Below, in pieces: positions 41,949-42,500 of a DNA stretch of 42,500 nucleotides (position 1 is its first letter; every line of letters begins with the position of its first letter). Made by a program: the position numbers and the translations under genes. Under the pieces are notes generated by a model. That model was not told where the DNA came from, made no database searches, and was given only the letters and a program-made list of their open reading frames with translations. Source of the DNA: Candidatus Krumholzibacteriia bacterium (GTDB lineage Bacteria > Krumholzibacteriota > Krumholzibacteriia > JAJRXK01); assembly GCA_041484665.1 (NCBI GenBank), contig JBGPIA010000028.1:1-42500 (forward strand), read 5' to 3'.

Positions 41949-42442
41949 GGATCGTCGATTCTCTCCGGCGGGTGTCGCGTTCTTACCGCGCGGCTGGCCG
42001 ATGTCGCGCTGGCGTGGGGGTGCCCGGGCGCTGGCGCGCCCTTCTTCCAGCCCCGCTGGGTGCCGTGTCGAACCCGGGCCCGCCGATGCCCCGCCGGGAA
42101 CACCCGTCGCCGGCGCCCGGAGTTGCCGACTTGCCTCCAGCGGGCACACCGGCACTAGGACTGCGCCACGCCGCGCGCGCGAACTCGGGCGGGCCCACCC
42201 GGGAGGTTCGCTCCTGCGGGGCCAGGCCGTGCCTTGGCCCTGCCCGCTCACGGCGCCAGTGGCGCCCTTCCTTCGGCAACCTCGAAGGGGTCATCGCCGC
42301 CTGTGCGTGACAGGTGGCGCAGGATGCGGTCCACGACCTTGTCGTCCTGGATCACCGACACGATCCGCATCTCCACGCCGCAGCGCGGACAGAGTAGCGG
42401 GACCGCTTCGTAGATCCGCCGCAGCAGCCGTGCCCAGCTCGT
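41949..42442 (-). mobile_element. IS91-family remnant 8 (C-terminal tnp fragment plus end region)
   Basis: SWARLLRRIYEAVPLLCPRCGVEMRIVSVIQDDKVVDRILRHL; end motif GAGAGAATCGACGATCC at 41949-41965. Confidence 0.8.
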
Positions 42443-42500
42443 CCAGCAAGAGCGGAATGGCCGCCACGGCGTTGGCCACCAGATGCAGCCCGGTGATCCG

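Noticed and set aside
42451..42463. AGCGGAATGGCCG identical to 141-153 next to the IS66 end (possible target duplication)
   Set aside because: No IS66 end is adjacent and the geometry is wrong for a TSD; treated as chance.

Overview
A high-GC bacterial window with two parts. The five secreted proteins ending in FlgD-Ig/T9SS-like C-terminal domains and the TWGxxK tail suggest an FCB candidate lineage such as Eisenbacteria, Krumholzibacteria or Latescibacteria (inference). Part 1 (about 1-24,100) is an accessory mosaic. It holds the right end of an IS66, a secreted beta-propeller/FlgD protein, a DUF6036 nucleotidyltransferase two-gene module with a palindromic operator, and a 5'-truncated StlD/DarB ketosynthase-diiron oxidase operon. 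It also holds a class II Fic gene, a signal-peptide Hcp-FlgD fusion and a 1339-aa double FG-GAP/ASPIC-UnbV protein. These genes are interleaved with decayed IS91-family (HUH/Y2) remnants, eight in the whole window, most ending in a shared ~17-nt motif. One remnant is split by a 2,826-bp large-serine-recombinase element whose att sites can be reconstructed. Its DUF5372-like gene is cut in two by integration and is rebuilt in frame, with RBS and ATG, only on the excised circle; this is the top finding. Part 2 (24,105-41,913) is an intact beta-1,3-glucan utilisation locus with no SusC/D. It encodes two GH16s, a clan-A glycosidase with a putative outer-membrane barrel, GH1, a GH149 phosphorylase, a GPH-family MFS transporter, a lipoprotein, two paralogous secreted proteins with swapped C-terminal tags and a ROK repressor. 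Four 25-bp operators sit at its promoters. All family calls come from motif recognition; no database searches were run.
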